DNA of 25,725 nucleotides from positions 1 through 25,725 of IMG/VR virus record IMGVR_UViG_3300038976_000010; one strand, written 5' to 3'. The translations under genes were made by a program, and so were the position numbers. This document shows, piece by piece, positions 24,891 to 25,725 of this stretch. The stretch's first letter is position 1; each line of letters starts with the position of its first letter. The notes beneath the pieces are model-generated. The model was not told the origin of the DNA and searched no databases. It saw nothing but the letters and a program-made list of their open reading frames with translations. The DNA is from a virus. Lineage: Duplodnaviria > Caudoviricetes.

Positions 24891-25725
24891 CTACGCCTCG
24901 ACTCCGTACGTGAGTGCCGGGTCCTTTTCGCACGCCGCAGGCGTCCAATCGGTCGCCTGCCACTTCCGCGCCGCCTGGGCGGTCCGCAATTCCTCGTGCA
25001 CAGGCTCGAGGTAGACGGGCTGGGCGCCGCCGTCCTTCAGCCCTGGCGACTGCTTGCGCAGCAGCCGCGTACCGTCGGTGCAGCCCAGTAGTTCATAGGA
25101 CAGGCCCGTGTTCGGGTCGGTCCATTTGTCGATCGACGACGCGCCCAGCATGTCGGCGACCCACTGCCAGCCAGCGATCTCACCGATGGCCCGCCGAACG
25201 TCCGTGTTGCGAATCGCCAGGTACTCGGCCTTGGTGTACGACTTCGGCGCCAGGATTGCCCGAGCCGGAACGCGCTGGCCGTGCCAGAAGTACAAGGCCC
25301 AGCCGTCGCGCCAGGCAATCGCCGGGCCGGTCGCGCCGTGAGGCAGGTTGCGATCGTCGCGGGACACGACCGTCGGCCGGTCGCTGACCACGCAGAACTT
25401 CCGGTGCATGAACCGAGGGCCAGCGTGGACCGCCCCCGCCTCGTAGTGCTGCCACTTCTCGTACTCCGGCAGATCCAGCTTCGCGACGTGGCGGAAGAAC
25501 GACAGGTACGACACCCACGCAGACCACTGATTGCCGCCGTTCTGCAGCCGGTACCACCAGCCGCAGCAGCGAACGAGAAAGGCGACCAGATCCGTGGCGG
25601 CGTCCGTGGCGGCGCTCGTGGCGGCGCGCGTGGCGTCGCGCGTGGCGGCGTCCGTGGCGGCGTACGTGGCGGCGCTCGTGGCGGCGCTCGTGGCGGCGTC
25701 CGTGGCGGCGTACGTGGCGGCGCTC
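24891..25725 (-). CDS. DUF6745-like phage protein with (xAAT)n repeat; 5' end outside the window
   Basis: frame stays open beyond the ORF-track start to the window edge (...AATDLVAFLVRCCGWWYRLQNGGNQWSAWVSYL); VSDRP...HGATGPAIAWRDGWALYFWHG...NTDVRR pattern recalls DUF6745; family name from memory, not searched. Confidence 0.7.
   Translation of the reverse strand, partial: SAATYAATDAATSAATSAATYAATDAATRDATRAATSAATDAATDLVAFLVRCCGWWYRLQNGGNQWSAWVSYLSFFRHVAKLDLPEYEKWQHYEAGAVHAGPRFMHRKFCVVSDRPTVVSRDDRNLPHGATGPAIAWRDGWALYFWHGQRVPARAILAPKSYTKAEYLAIRNTDVRRAIGEIAGWQWVADMLGASSIDKWTDPNTGLSYELLGCTDGTRLLRKQSPGLKDGGAQPVYLEPVHEELRTAQAARKWQATDWTPAACEKDPALTYGVEA
25594..25725. repeat. 12-bp coding tandem repeat GTGGCGGCGNNC, at least 11 units, truncated by the window edge
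   Basis: units read directly; encodes SAATYAATDAATSAATSAATYAATDAATRDATRAATSAATDAAT on the minus strand. Confidence 0.95.

Larger units (their letters stand above)
1..25725 (-). mobile_element. segment of a podovirus-like tailed phage or prophage
   Basis: TerL-portal-scaffold-capsid-adaptor-nozzle-ejection order with no tape-measure, tube or sheath gene seen; co-oriented and tightly coupled genes; no host housekeeping genes. Confidence 0.92.

Noticed and set aside
497-25014. Many long plus-strand ORFs (for example 497-1960, 1864-3618, 14368-16188, 16076-17740, 21711-23837) and alternative-frame minus-strand ORFs
   Set aside because: They are shadows of real minus-strand genes in high-GC DNA: Arg/Gly/Ala/Pro-rich, without motifs, and fully overlapping well-supported genes
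25089-25102. TAGTTCATAGGACA resembling the left arm of palindrome copy 2
   Set aside because: It needs an insertion to align, lacks the right arm and lies inside a CDS
25594-25725. Tandem repeat as a CRISPR array or iteron set
   Set aside because: The 12-bp units have no spacers, lie in frame within a CDS, and no cas genes are present
1-25725. Host assignment to Myxococcota
   Set aside because: High GC and a Cys-rich lipoprotein are only suggestive, and no host gene or attachment site in the window supports the call

Overview
This window is a GC-rich (roughly 70% by eye) segment of a tailed phage or prophage with podovirus-like architecture, and almost every gene lies on the minus strand. 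In transcription order (right to left) it carries an early/replication block (repeat-containing DUF6745-like protein, ParB-like protein, GGQ release-factor-domain protein, SF2 helicase, Zn-finger/TOPRIM primase, small HTH and Zn proteins), a ~317-bp non-coding control region, a regulator/packaging block (wHTH, sigma-region-4-like HTH, putative TerS, GNAT, TerL) and a morphogenesis block (portal, accessory virion genes, scaffold, major capsid, adaptor, Gly-rich fibre, nozzle-like tail protein, ejection-like proteins). A two-gene plus-strand cassette (lipoprotein plus membrane protein) with its own sigma70-like promoter interrupts the tail genes. No integrase, lysis genes, tRNA or CRISPR array is visible. 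The most notable signals are two interlocking cis-element families read directly from the sequence. The first is a 27-bp imperfect palindrome (core GGACA-N3-TGTCC) in four copies, three intergenic and one inside the ParB-like gene. The second is a 15-bp motif (KCRACC-RNSS-GGGCC) 5-7 nt upstream of the start codon in four intergenic gaps of the virion region, two of them next to a palindrome. Together they suggest a ParB/KorB-like operator or centromere network coupled to a phage-specific leaderless late promoter. Product calls come from motif recognition and gene order only; no database search was run.
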